Assembly: GCA_013239625.1 (NCBI GenBank)
Contig: MU053379.1
Coordinates: 8,490-72,489, forward strand
Length of the DNA stretch: 64,000 nt
DNA from: Lama guanicoe
Taxonomy: Eukaryota
Direction of reading: 5' to 3'
The notes beneath the pieces were generated by a model that saw nothing but the letters and a program-made list of their open reading frames with translations, did not search any database and was not told the origin of the DNA. How positions within the stretch are numbered: the first letter of the stretch is position 1; the number at the start of each line of letters is the position of its first letter. Of the stretch, positions 63,027 through 64,000 are shown piece after piece. The position numbers and the translations under genes were made by a program.

Positions 63027-63525
63027 TGTCAGCAGCCTTAAGTAAGTAGCCGTTGGGCCCAGGCCAAAGTTCACAATTGCTTGCACCTGGTAAGAGGTAA
63101 ATGTACGCCTACACTGGTAGCGTGAGTCAGACGCATGCGCGGGTAGTGTGAGTAAGCGCTATGAACAGTATGCATGTGCCAGTTATGTAAGCCTTAGGAA
63201 CAAATAAGTAAATGTACGCATGCGCTAGTAGTGTTATGTAAGCCTTATGAACAAAGAAATGAACAGTGCGCATGCACGGGCAAAACAGGTAAAAGCAGGA
63301 CAAATGTGCCACATGGGCGCGTGCCATCTTGTTGAACTAAAAGGAAGTGCTGAGTGCCACCGCCACGGCCACCCGCTGCACGCGCCACCCGGTTGTACTG
63401 GAATAAAGCGCTGTTTCGCTCCGCTCCTCGCGCAGTCTGTTTTGCGGCATGTCAGCTCCACGCGCCTGCTTCCAGTTGGGGCAGCTTACCTCTTCGGATC
63501 CCTCTTCAGCCTCCCTCGGCTGACA
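63027..63525 (+). mobile_element. Young CpG-rich solo LTR, family not recognised
   Basis: Terminal inverted repeat TGTCAGC...GCTGACA; perfect TSD CCATC at 63022-63026 and 63526-63530; AATAAA at 63402-63407; direct repeats in U3; no PBS downstream. Confidence 0.88.
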
Positions 63526-63649
63526 CCATCACTTCCCGATTCTTTTACTACAATTTACTATTATCTATGTCCTTGAAGGTAAGTCTGTTGTGTGGAATGG
63601 TGGAAACACTACACAATGATACGCTACACAGGTTTGGTAATGCCAGGGT

Positions 63650-63768
63650 GGTAGTTTGAAATAGGCCAGGGTGGGGATTGACACCTTGGAAATTGGCAAA
63701 CAGTACAAATCAGATTTTTTTCCACCCCCAGAGAGCTAGTTGCTCAGCATTGACCAGCATATCCCTGA
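63650..63768. mobile_element. hAT-Blackjack fragment (MER63-like)
   Basis: GGAAATTGGCAAACAGTACAAATCAG...AGAGAGCTAGTTG...ACCAGCATATCCCTG. Confidence 0.65.
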
Positions 63769-63821
63769 GCGTAATCATCCCATAAAGGAGGTCATCTAAT
63801 TCCAGATTTGTAAGTAAGGAC

Positions 63822-63835
63822 NNNNNNNNNNNNNN
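63822..63835. other. Assembly gap (14 N)
   Basis: Run of n characters. Confidence 1.
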
Positions 63836-64000
63836 GTTACTAAAGCTTAAGACTCAGGCAAGAACTAAGCCTCCAGGGCTCCTGCGTGATCCCGCACTGC
63901 CTGTCTGTGCACCCAGGAGGGGCTGCTGTAGCGCCTCGTCTCAGCCAGGCTGTCCAGCAGAAATCGGATTAAAAGGGGCTTGTGCACCGGGTGAAGGTCT

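Noticed and set aside
63027..63525. Host CpG-island promoter, CRISPR-like repeats or small ORFs
   Set aside because: The TSD, terminal inverted repeat and AATAAA explain it as a solo LTR; the internal repeats are irregular U3 duplications and the ORFs are unrecognisable
1..64000. A novel multi-gene or prokaryotic-type system
   Set aside because: The window is repeat-rich mammalian non-coding DNA with no intact long ORF, operon or array

Overview
Mammalian genomic DNA, most likely a camelid: it carries nine tRNA-Ala-derived SINEs resembling the camelid vic-1 family, plus artiodactyl-type L1 3' ends. The window looks intergenic or deep-intronic and is dense in repeats. I find no supportable host protein-coding gene, true tRNA, rRNA or CRISPR array; the only recognisable ORFs are broken L1 ORF1/ORF2 pieces. 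Contents: a 4.3-kb L1 truncated at both ends, a 2-kb 5'-truncated L1 nested in a MaLR LTR, several short L1 3' ends, six ERV1-type solo LTRs, MaLR/ERVL LTRs, old DNA transposons, MIR/L2 relics and a 14-N gap. The most striking object is a 499-bp CpG-rich, apparently young solo LTR at 63027-63525. It has a perfect 5-bp TSD, internally repeated U3 with NRF1/AP-1/YY1/ETS-like motifs, and a consensus splice donor just downstream. I see no evidence of a novel multi-gene system. Repeat family names come from memory of consensus sequences, not from a search, and ends without a TSD are approximate.
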